DNA from: Phoronis australis
Taxonomy: Eukaryota; Animalia; Phoronida
Direction of reading: 5' to 3'
Assembly: GCA_002633005.1 (NCBI GenBank)
Contig: NMRA01000353.1
Coordinates: 9,625 to 73,624, forward strand
DNA: 64,000 bases
The notes beneath the pieces are model-generated. The model ran no database searches. It saw only the letters and a list, made by a program, of their open reading frames with translations, and was not told the DNA's origin. The translations under genes were made by a program, and so were the position numbers. This document shows, in pieces, positions 12,518 to 24,000 of this stretch; the stretch's first letter is position 1; every line of letters begins with the position of its first letter.

Positions 12518-13105
12518 GATGGGGCAAGCAATGTTTGAGGTACCTTTTCTAACCCCCTCCCTCGTACGAGGGTGGGCAGTGCTGTCCTAAAGAGGCTGCC
12601 CAGTCGCCCTGGATGCTGCCAGACTTCTCTGTTGCCCTGGGTTCAGAGAAAGAGCGATCACTGGTCCGAAGGCCGCCTACGTGCAGGTTTGTGACTACAA
12701 CTGCCAGTGATCATCTTCACCTGTTGCTTCGTCACTCCCCCATCGCCGCAGGACTTGAAAGGTGCAGATCGGAAATGATGAATCACACAACAGACCTGTG
12801 CGTGATGGTTTTTAAAGTGGTAAAGCTGTTGCACTGGGGCAATCCTACTCTCTCGGCTGAGGAAACCTTGATCCAATGGCACAGAAAACTGTTACGGCTG
12901 GAGGTTACCCCTGCTGCAGTGGATGACCCTAACTTCTTTGGTGCCTCGTCGTGCTCTGAGCACTCCACAGCGCTTGCTGAAACCGCCGTCTTGACCGTTG
13001 GACTACTGGGGGTCTCTTCCGTTCAGTCTGCCGGAGCCAATCTTCACATGCTAGGGTAGGCATTCCCTAACTCAACTTGGGTTTGAGACGCGTCGGCTAC
13101 CCTCA

Positions 13106-13283
13106 ACCTGGTTTAGCCCGCATGTCGATGCGGTGTCCCGGGGTGTGGCCGCTGCGCATGCTACAGCTACTTGGAGCCACAGGTGAGAGCTGAGGACAGG
13201 TGAGGACCAAAGCTACCCCCCGAAGGAGTACGACAAGCCCCCCACCAGAGGTACTACCCCTCCCTGGATCCTCCATACACCCC
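13106..13283 (-). ncRNA. HDV-like self-cleaving ribozyme at the RTE 5' end
   Basis: P1 GGGGUGU (13283-13277) / ACACCCC (13146-13140); P2 ACCUG / CAGGU; P3 GGC / GCC; L3 starts UCC and pairs GG (13139-13138); P4 CCGCAU-cgac-AUGCGG; J4/2 GCUAA. Confidence 0.85.
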
Positions 13284-13659
13284 ACATGCTTTTACCTTTG
13301 ATATACATATATGTCAAAGGTAAAAGCATGAAATTTTGAGACATCCAGATGAGAAAACAGATTAAGTTTGAGTCTTACACTGAAATACGATAACGTCACA
13401 ATTAACCAAGCTGAAGTCCGTGAGATGCGGACGCAACGTAGTTAATTCTTGTAAGTTTTTATTCCGGTATTAGACTCAAACTTTATATGTCTAAGGGTTT
13501 TGGAGATATAGCAGCGGACGACGGACGGACGGACAAAGATGACGGCATAATGCGTACACATATAAATATGTGGGCGTATAAAAATGTCAATTCTGGAAAT
13601 TGTGTTCGTGCATTATAACTGAACAACTATCATACCAATGTCACAAAAACACTACTTAC

Positions 13660-14022
13660 AGTCCACACTAAGCTGGCTAACAGAACTTTTAATGATGCCA
13701 GTAGCCTTCACTTCCACAATGTACTGGCCTTCATCATCAGGTCTAACTTGTGACAAAGTGATGGTGAAGTCAGTCTTTCCATGAGAGTAGTCTGTAGAAC
13801 CACGAGATGCATAGCCATCGTCAAATTTTCCATCGTTAAGAGGTGGATCAGGTGGTACATAGTAAGGTGCTACAAACACATCAATTGCGTCTTTCTTCAA
13901 AGATACCCTGGTAAAGATTTCACCACTCCCCAGTTCATAACTTATCCTGAACGTAGCATTTCCACCATTGACACCAATGACTTTATCAGTTGAAGTCACA
14001 CTAAGGGCAGAAACAGCAACAT
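13660..14022 (-). CDS. Host-gene exon encoding one Ig V-set-like domain (phase 1-1)
   Basis: ttcgctttttcag acceptor and gtaagt donor, 363 nt open; VAVSALSVTSTDKVIGVNGGNATFRISY..FTITLSQVRPDDEGQYIVEV..SQLSVD shows the V-set E/F-strand DxGxY motif. Confidence 0.85.
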
Positions 14023-16562
14023 CTGAAAAAGCGAATCATTAACACCTCAGGAAAAGTCTCAGTAATATGTGAAAATCAGATAATAGTGTTGTACCTGTAT
14101 ATATTCAAATATAACACCTGTAATTCCTGCGGTTATATGTACAAACGTTCGGTTTATGGAAAAGGCAGTCTATTCATTGTTCATGCGTATTCTTTAGGCG
14201 GGCCATAGTAAGGGTGAATAAACGAGAAGCCTTCCACCACTCATGAAGTTGGAGACTGCACTCAACCGTTTCCTACTATCAATAAAAAGCTCGTAAAGAC
14301 TTCTTTAATTGGACTTTTAAAAATACACACGGCATCTTTTTATGTTCGTCACCAGTTAAACGAACTCATCACGAATAAAGGAAACAAAATAGTGACAAAC
14401 TGAAAAGCAGAAAGTTATAGACTGATTTAAAATTTAAAGAACATAGCTTGATGATCTTAAAACTTGGATGTGAATAGATGCAATGGATTCGCTCATGATT
14501 AATCGTGTCAAATGACGTGACGTAACTTGGAAACAAACTCTGCAGAGGGTTTCGTGAACTCAAAGCGCCCACTCGTAAGACACTAGTAGTGAGAATTCTT
14601 TGTTTCTGGCTTTCAAGCGGAGAATTATATCCCACGCCAATTACCATTCTCCTCAATAATCCGCCATTTTACTACCGAACTGTGTACAGTCCCATATTCA
14701 GAACCATACACTCATATCCGAAATAGTGTTATTTAGAAGAAAATTGTTTGCTCTTGAAAGTATATCGCATTCAGGAACATGCACCTATTTTTTTAACCTT
14801 TATACAGGCACACAGATTACCTTTCTCTGGATATAGGCATACTTATCGTTCTCGACAAAAGCGCATAACTTGCCGTTGGAACATATTAACGCGACTTGAC
14901 ATGCTTCGACAGTACATTTCTTAAATTATTTCTCCGATGAGATCACTTTTTGTTGCGAAGTTCTATACAAATAGTAACAGACACATCAGGCCGGTTCAGT
15001 CACTAAATGTCGCAAAAGCGGCTTTAATGCTTCCATGTTCGTACATGACGAGCAAGTGGTACTTTATTTGTTGAACCAACCAGGGTACGGAAATTTAAAA
15101 AAAATTAGACTAAAGTCGATTAATTCACCTTACAGAGCGTAAACCAGGGTTTAACTGTTGAGCACTCGACACTTATAATTATCGGTGATCTTTATATTGT
15201 TTCTTTCATGTTTCCGTATCAGTGATCGACATCCGTTAAAGCAAGTGTATGACACTTAACTGCGAGGCATAAATTAAATCACACGCGATATTTTGAGGCA
15301 TTCTTATTTCATTTTCATCGAGGGAAAGTAAAGCAAAGGAGTACTACCACCCCAAAGCAGCGGTGTTCAGCGTTCCCAACAGGACATAGTACTTTGGGTT
15401 TGAAATACAGCAAAGAACGGCTAACAGAGGTATAAAAGGAAGGCCACGCACGCAAGCGTAAGGTGCGGTGAGACCCTGTTTGTTGCTTATTCAAAACTGG
15501 CTTTCTATCAAGTAGATCATGCAAAACACACCCTGATGAACAATCTAGCAAAGCTTTTGCAGACTGATATATTAGTAGACCCACGTTCAAAATCAATTGT
15601 GAGTCCACCCTCTGACGGTTTGTCCAACCAGGGTGACTACAAAAGTATTTCCACACATTCAGGACAAACATTCACTTAAGAAACTGATCAGAGACGATTT
15701 CAAAATCTCGAAACCCAATGGTGACTTCAATGTGATTATTATGGAAATGTGAAGTGCTAAAAATTGTCAGGAAAAATAACATTCCCGGTAAAGCGAAAGC
15801 TCGACCAATTACCCATTGCAGATGGCTATGAGTATATGAGCCCTATATGACTGAGTGTCTTCGTTCAAATGTCAAACAACATAACACTAGTCAAACAATC
15901 GGTAATCCTTGTTGACTACATATATCTACATAAGACGCCATAAGTGAGCATCTTCTGCAAAAAAAACACGGACTGAAAATCAACACTCATGACATTGGGA
16001 AAACACATCTTTTCGTTACATTGAACACGAAGACCACCGACTCCCAAAATCAAGAACACTACAGTTTATTAACGACTGAAATCCATAAACGTTGCAAACA
16101 ATACGTAGACCTACGTTGTTTTAAAACAGCTTTCAGTGGCTAAAACTCCTTTTTGACACCAGAAATGCAAGTATTGCACATAAAAATGTTGTTTTTGTTT
16201 TTTACGTACCACAGGAAATAATTAATTGCAACACAAATTACAGCGCTCATAATTCGTAGCCCCTTTGAGCGCCACAGAAAAATCAACCAATCAGCGTTAA
16301 GTGATTCATAATTATAATATCATCGTGGCCACGAAATTTGTCGATCTCTGGACTAAAATGCCGCGTTTCGTGGTGTATGAGTCTAGCAATGTCAGCTGCA
16401 ATGGCATACATTTGCATGTTTCCCCCCGTTTATTCTTCTATCAACTGTTCTTCGCTGCCATGAGGTTGCGTACAAGTCACAACAAATAGTCGGAACTGGT
16501 TTCATTTCGTTAAAAGTTTTTATCATTTCAAATAGGTAAATAAAACAACAAGAATGGATCAA

Positions 16563-18339
16563 CTGAGATTTTCGGTTGTAATAACCTCCTTTGTCAACAG
16601 AAACAGAAATAAAGTAAAATCAAACACTATATGACAATTGACATTTAAGGTATGGTGTAATGAATATGATACATTTTTGCGTAAAAAATTCAATGACATA
16701 TTTTAAGAATTTTTTATTTTCAATCCATGAGGTTCTATTGTATTAAGCTTGTCTATCCAATATTGTTCTCTTTTGAGTCTGTGAGGGGTACTGGGGTATT
16801 GGAGTTTTTTTCTATTATTTGTACAGAAAGATCTTGAATATTATGGTTTTTGGAATTGAAGTGATTACCTATAGTATGAGAAATGCTTTTATGTATTATG
16901 TTAAATCTACGATTACAAAACCGAGTTTGTAGATTATGTTGAGTTTGTCCTACATATTGGATAGAACATGTTTTACAAGTTATAAGGTAAATAATATTGT
17001 TGGTGGTGCAATCAGAATAACGTTTTATTTCAAAATTTTCATTGGTTTGGAAAGACTGGAAAAAAGTGCTATCGTTGATAAAGTTACACATTTTACACCT
17101 AGTTTTGTTACATTGTGTGTTGTCAATAGGTTTGTCAGTTTGGTGTACATGTATTTGGCGATATTAGCTTTAACTAAATATTTGTTTAGATTTTTACATT
17201 TTCTCCAAGAAATTATAGCTGGATGAGGAAATAGGTTTTTCATTTGGGGGAAAATATGCAGCGTGTAAAGATGTTTTCTGAAGACGTGGCTAATTCCGTT
17301 TAAACGTGGATTGAACGTAGTTATGAATGGTATTCTATTAATAGTATTGCCTTTAGTTTTAGTTCTTAAAGATTCATTCCGTGTGATTGAACTGAATTTG
17401 TCAACCTGTTTTTGTATAAGATGTGTGGGAAATGACGTTGCACTAGATAGTACTTGAGTTCTTTTAAACGGTTATTAAAGAAAGTTTCTTCTGAACAAAT
17501 ATGTCGAATTCTTATTGCAAGGCTATATGGAAGACTTTTCTTGCAATGAAAGGGATGACACGATTGATATGACAGATATTGGTGTTTGTCAGTTTCTTTA
17601 CAGAATAATCCAGTTTCTAGTTTATCATTATTAAGGATGACAGTTACATCTACAAACGAGACTTTATTTTGAGAAATGTCATGAGTGAACTTTATAGTAG
17701 GGTGAAATTTGTTAATATTTTCTAAAAATACATCTAATTTTTGTGGGCCATGGGTCCAGATCATGAAAATGTCATCAATGTACCTTAGCCAGAGAAGAGG
17801 TTTTTCAGAGCAGGATTTGATAAAGCTGTTTTCAAGATTTCCCATAAAAAGTAGGAGCAACCCTAGTGCCCATAGCTGTGCCTAATATTTGGAGATAGCG
17901 ATCATTATTAAAGGTAAAATGATTTATGGTAAGTACATGTTCAAGAAGAGAGCGAATAAAAGATGTAGGTACATTAGGATTATTTCGTTGGTACAGGCTT
18001 CTATGCCTTCATGTTGAGGAATATTAGTGTATAAGCTTTTAACATCAAGAGTTACGAGAAGCGCATTTTTAGGTAAATCACTGATGTTTTTAATTATATT
18101 AAGGAAATGATTCGCATCTTTAACATATGAAGGAAAGGTGGGGACAAACTGCTGAAGATGGTAGTCGGCAAACCGAGAAATTTTTTTCTGTAGGGCAGTT
18201 TTTGCTGGCTATAATTGGGCGTCCAGGATTACCTTCTTTGTGGATTTTAAGAAGGAGATAAAAGCGACTAGGTTGAGCATCATTAGGAATGAGGTAGTTT
18301 TTGGTGTCTTTGTCAATGTGACCTAAATGGAAAGCATTT
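16563..18339 (-). mobile_element. Penelope-like retroelement relic (RT + GIY-YIG), 5' truncated
   Basis: PGRPII, LDVKSLYTNIP, GTAMGTR, WLRYIDDIFMIW, TDKHQYL, NIIYLITCKTCSIQYVGQT; many frameshifts. Confidence 0.9.
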
Positions 18340-18344
18340 TAAGA

Positions 18345-19090
18345 CCTGCAAATCGAATTTAAGAACAAACTTTGCTGCTGCGAAGCTGTTATCATGTCCC
18401 AAGAGATGTCGCAAAATGTTAGGTCGCCGCGTGCGTGTATCACGAGCGTACGGTTTTCCAAACAACGACAAATTTTCTTTGTTACAAAACTCACAAGGCT
18501 GAGAATGATGCTAGAAAATTGCATTTATTAGATTGTTTTTCACTTAAAAGACTAGCAAAGGGCAAGGTGAGTTTCGGAATTGTCTCCCAGATTTTGCATG
18601 TACCTCGTCAGTCATTGTCACTGCGATAAGGTGACTAACAAAACTCATAAGCGGCCTGCATGAAACTTCGTGGTCTAACGAAGCTCAATTCACAGTGTTA
18701 TCTAGCCAGCCGGCTAGATGTACATGTATGAAGACTATCGTCAAAATACAGCTAGGTATCACTGTGTGTTTTTCTTTGATAGACCCTGAAATTGCACACA
18801 GCCAGGGTAGTTCTGCTCGTCACCTCGCCGTTTCAACATGTAAAACTAAAGACCTGCCGTGGTGCATACAAAATTTGAGAGTCAACCGACACTCACCTTC
18901 CCGTTACAACAACGTCATTGTATTACGTCATTCTCGACCTTTTGTAACAATGTAATGTATGTCGTTGTTTTGAAAATACTACGCTCGTGACATGCGCACA
19001 CGCGATTTCCTAAATTTTTGCGACATCTCTTGGGAGATGATGATAGCTTGGCAGCAGCAAAATTTTTCTGAAATTCGGGTTTTCGGAATC
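18345..19090. mobile_element. MITE with long (~120 bp) imperfect inverted arms
   Basis: tttgctgctgcgaagct..cccaagagatgtcgcaaaa..cacgagcgta (18350-18470) is inverted at 18960-19085. Confidence 0.8.
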
Positions 19091-21046
19091 AAAATTCTAA
19101 AAATCTGTAACTAAATGAAACCTGTGCCAATAACTTGTTGTGATGCCTACGCAAACGTCGTGAAAGAAGAACAGCTGATTGAAGAATCTGCGAAAAAAAA
19201 CTGCACGCCGTGAATTATACGCTTACACCAAATTCACGCATTTCTGTGTGCGACTTTTCAGCGTTCGTACTTCTGAGCGGCTTTTACCTGGATTAAAGAG
19301 TCTGCGGCGCCAGTTTCGGACTCAGTTGCTGTGACCGCATTGTCCGGTGTGAGTAAGAGTAATTACCCGACCATAAATACTGTAGTGAACATCTCTGCCT
19401 GTACATACTGACGAATTTTCAAAATGCATTAACCAACAGTTTTCGTTAAAAACAAATACCACAGCAGTATTCAGATGAAAAAAAAAACAATGTTATCAAG
19501 TTTGGTTTTCGATTTTTAAAAATCGATAAACTGTTAAGCTAAAAACTACAAACATTGGGCAAGATTGAAGATAAACGACTGTGCGTATTGATATACCCGA
19601 TGATTTACAAACGCTGATCAGAGTTAACAATATCACGTGGATTATTCGTTTAAACAACTAAGCTACATTGAAACATGTATAAACAACACACAGTGACTAA
19701 ATTACATGTCAGTAACTTTTAAAATATCGGTTATGGCCAAGTACATGCCGTTATACTACAGGAGTAGTACACTAACCAGAAAACTGCTATCTGCGGAAAT
19801 GCGCCAATTTCGATAGCTAGCTTGTAGTTGTAATGGAACACCTGTGAAGACAACTAGTAAGATGGCTAGCTTTGTAGTCAACGAGAGAGTGCAAGCAGTG
19901 GATGAGGTTGGTCGGTGGTCAAGAGGTGTGATTTCATTTTTATGACTGAGGAAAAGCTAGAATAGTTATGTAGTAACTGCAACCAAAATTGTCCAGATTC
20001 CAAATCTTCAGTTTAGCTATCACCATATTTGCACTTTTGTATATATTTTATGACTTGAGTTCTAACAAAAATTAAAATTGAATTAATGGCACGTGTAGTT
20101 TTGTTTGCTGTGACATGTTTGGTGCAGTTGTAATCTGGAAAATTTAGGGATGGGTTCACAATGAACTGACTTCTAAGTTGTTTTCATGCTTCGTTTAAAC
20201 ACCAAATATAAAATAGCAACCCTAACCGGTTAGAAAAAAGCAAGTAGACAGGAGTATTAAAATAAAGTAATGAAAACAAGGTATGAAACGTGTTTAAAAC
20301 CAACGTTCCTTTGGGAAGTGGCCCAATAGAACTTTTTAGTATGTTTGTAATATTTAAATTGTACCAAGTTAAAACTGCTCTTCATATTGCATGCCTTAAC
20401 TCTGTGCAAATGCCAGAGAAAAATAACTTTATTGTAATAACGACCACCATTGTTAAGAAAGTAGTGCTTTCCACTTCAGTAGCTCAGATCTACATCAATA
20501 CACAGGGCGTGCTGAATAGGGATCATGAAAGTCGTCTAGGGCTTAATTAGGGAATCAGAGAGATTACCAGTGTAAGCGAAAAATTCTTCACATGAGACAA
20601 TTAACTCATTATAGGTAGATGTAGGTATGGAGGTGGGTTTATCACTCGATGCCACCACATGTAGTATTTAAGGCACTGGCTCTCGAGGCAGAGGCAGAGG
20701 CAGACCACCAGACCACGGTAGAAGGAAGCATAAAGGCAGTCCAGACTAGGAAGGCAATGAGCACCACCAAGGCCAGATGAACACTCCGTGTGATGGAGAA
20801 GCTGTGAAGAGCGACAACCTGAGGTATAGACACTTAGTCAAGGGCATTGGTCTCAGCCTGATAGTCAATTTGAACCAGTCTAACGATTGTTCTATAGGGT
20901 TGGTTCTGTTATGACTTTTGAAGTGTTAACACGCATCTTACGGGTGACTTATGGCACTGTAGTTTAGTATCTTCACCAGTAATGATCTCTCGTCTCAACC
21001 AGTTAGTCGTCAGTCTCACGAATTAATGTAATCTGTTGGTTGTTAA

Positions 21047-24000
21047 GTATCAGTCCACGGATCCACCGACCACCGTACAGCCAACAAGCGGCAAGGTGGG
21101 GGGTCAACCATTCAGGTCCACGTTTAGTCTGATAAATCACATTAGGGATGAGAGAAAATGGGTGAAGTATGACACCACAAAGTTTGGTGGTTTAGGAGAT
21201 ACAAGGGAAGTGTTCTGGGGGGCAAAATGAGGCTATTTCTTGGTTTGGAATGAGTCATTTTTGACCAAATTTTCTACTCCAGTTTCTGCTTCAAACAGAA
21301 TCGTTTCTGAACAATTTTGATATCACATGATAGGTTGATGACCAATGTCAGTAAAAACGGCACCGACACTGCAATATCGGTTACCATGGTAACACTGGAA
21401 CTGTTTCCGTGGAGGTACGTTTCCGTCTTGTGAAAAACCAGCAGTAAGCTGTACCCTTATAGCGAAGCTGCCCCCGCGAGAAAACTAAAAATAATAACAT
21501 GGACATGTAGAAGACTCCATGCCCTTGAAATTAATACAATAAAAACTTTGTCAGCCCTTCAGGCAGGCTTGGTAATAGGTGTCTGAATTTCACTATTTTC
21601 AGACCGCGTATGTGTATTTGTCATGTTAAACCAGTCACTAGTTGTGCGCCGTTTCTACGCATTAATATGCCGTGGTATAATACAACAATTAAAACAATTG
21701 GTTTGCTTAAATGTTTTTAATTAATTTTAAGGACACTAGCATTTCCCAATAAAATATAAATTATACTAAATTTGTTCATCCAATTCGTCTGAATACCAAA
21801 CTAAAGCTTACAATGCGTTAGTTGAATGATGGCTGACCTAAAGTGCGGGTTTGCGAATTTATCTATTTATCTGGCACTGCCAGTCGCATCAAATGTGGTA
21901 TTTCTACAAATTGCGGAGAGAAACAACTTTGGAAACTCTAGGGAAATGCACAAGGTATAGAGCGAGACATTTGAGCACCTTATAAGAGTACGTGGAGCTG
22001 ATGTGGAGGTGGAACGTGTCCTCCTGAGTAGTCTGTCTCAGTCAGACTCTCGGTGTCTGCCTCGGAGGCACTGTGTGCAGCAGGAGCTACATAATCTACC
22101 GTATTAGGTTCACTTGCCCGAATCATCGTTACAACACTCGAGATATATTGGCGTCGCCAAAGGCACTTAGAACATCCACTGCACACTAGAGGAGAAATCT
22201 GATTCTGATAGAGGTCTGAAAAATGACCAAAGACTTTCAAGGTTCAACGTCCTGCTTCGCGTGAGCTCAGGTAGGAATCACTAAACTCCAGGGTCTGACC
22301 CTGAGGAATATTTTTAGAAGCACGTCATTCATGCAAAAATACTTTTATTCACACACCGTGATTGCTTATATCTTGGGCCTTATTGCTTAATCATATCTTA
22401 TTCAAATGTGTTGATGTTTATGCAACTACATGTATACATTGGCATAGAAAATAGGTAGTCATCATAACTTTTCATAACAACCACCAAATGTGTAACATGA
22501 CTTCTGCCCATGAACTACTTTTAGAAACTAGGGAGTATGTTTTGTCTACCAATGATTTTCTGCGATTATGAAGTTAATTAAACATGCTAAAGCCGTCAAA
22601 AATATTGGTGCCTTCACTTTAGCTTGGTATTCATATTTTGTGAGCCGAAATGGCCACATTAAATTTAATATGTTTAATTTTTTATTAATACAATTTTAGG
22701 AATCAGGAAAGGCTTATGCTGAAGAAGTGGCTTCTGCTGAAGTTGGAGACTTGCCGATTATTAGTAAAGGTTGGGTATGAAAAGTTCACAACCAGCAAGA
22801 AGGTACCCTTCTGGACAACTAATTGAGGGGGCTAGAGAGAGGCCGAAAAGTCTACTCCCAGAAGATATGTCAAAGAGAATTTGTAGCTTGAGGAACGAGT
22901 TGGGGAAAAAGTATTTGCCAAAGATTACTGGCTTATACCACAACAGGTCTAAAGTAATTTGTTGAGATAGGCCACTTTCAGCAAATGTGGAGAAACTGGG
23001 ACAGAGGAAGTGGAGTATGCATAGAAAGAGGCAATCTGCGATTGTCAAGGATGTAGCATTGTAAAACTTCAAAGGGAGGAAACAGTACAGTGGCTGGACC
23101 TGTAAATACTCTGGCTGATCTGCTAAATCCAGTGGGGGCATTATTGTATCAGCACAGCTGTGTAGGGAAGTAGGCTTGTGTGTTGTCGCAAGCTTTGTTT
23201 GCACCAGAACTGCTTGTGTGAACAGCACAAATCTAAAATTTACCTAGTCTAAGACTGAATTTTTGTCCAGGCACGGATTATGATCCTGGGCCACATGGTA
23301 ATGGTACATTGTTCATTTTGTTTAGCCACTGGATTTTTTGGTCTGACAGGATTTCTCAGTGTCGCCATCACATTTAGATGATTTCTGACCACTGTACTAT
23401 TCCTTTTCCTTGAAGATGCGTAATTGATCTGAATTTATGTTTCCGCATTTTATTTACCATTATAGATTTTTGTTTGTAAATGGGTATATATTACTGAAAT
23501 TTGAGACCCTGTTGCAGTTAGGCTGGTTTTGTTAACTTATCTTTCTGCCTGGGTTGTAAACCCATATTCTGTCCAGGAGGTAATAAGTTTTGATTTAGAC
23601 CATTTACCTCTATAAACTTTGCTCAGTTTGTTCCTTATCCAGATGGGAAGTGATTTCTGGAATTGTAGCGAATTGACAGTTTGCTATTCCTTGAGACCAT
23701 GCTGTGTGTATAAAATCGCACACTATTAGTCTGGTCTCTAGCAATTGCATATTGCCAGATCTTTCAAAGTTCTGAAATTGCTCAAAAGTGACCTGGAAGT
23801 AATACCTATTTCGTGATGGTAAAATATCTAAATCAAAAGTTGTTTTATGTGATTTTAGGCGAGTTTATGTCCACTTCAAATGATTTTTTGTTGCAGTACT
23901 GAAAAGTATTGGCACATTAGCTCTGGTGGCTCCTTGTTTTTTTGGCGAATTGACCATTTTATGGTTCCCATGGGTAATTTTGTTACTGGTCTAGTATGTA

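Larger units (their letters stand above)
9218..13283 (-). mobile_element. Full-length RTE-clade LINE (BovB-like), mutated
   Basis: 5' UTR, AP endonuclease, RT and C-terminal C2H2 in order on the minus strand; short 3' UTR; acatg on both flanks (9213-9217, 13284-13288) is a possible TSD. Confidence 0.93.
645..13585 (+). repeat. Degenerate satellite array (~140-150 bp monomers, ~435 bp trimer), interrupted by TEs, in a Helentron/HINE (pearl-like) shell
   Basis: Recurrent aaatttaataaagatcc, ggtttggttgatagagg, gccactaggNggc and atccgaaa motifs at ~650-925, 2090-2400, 3060-3620, 5365-5710 and 8660-9210. Possible start aacaagg at 2798. Terminus has (ggac)n, a cacatat/atgtg stem-loop and gggcgtataaaaa at ~13515-13585. 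Confidence 0.7.

Noticed and set aside
12613-13059. 148-aa plus-strand ORF and other antisense ORFs over the RTE, pogo and Gypsy
   Set aside because: Shadow frames of TE sequence with no recognisable motifs
20620-21046. Possible solo LTR (TGTAGG start, tatttaag, gaggca repeats) split by the TTAA element
   Set aside because: No matching TSD and no second copy in the window; cannot be supported
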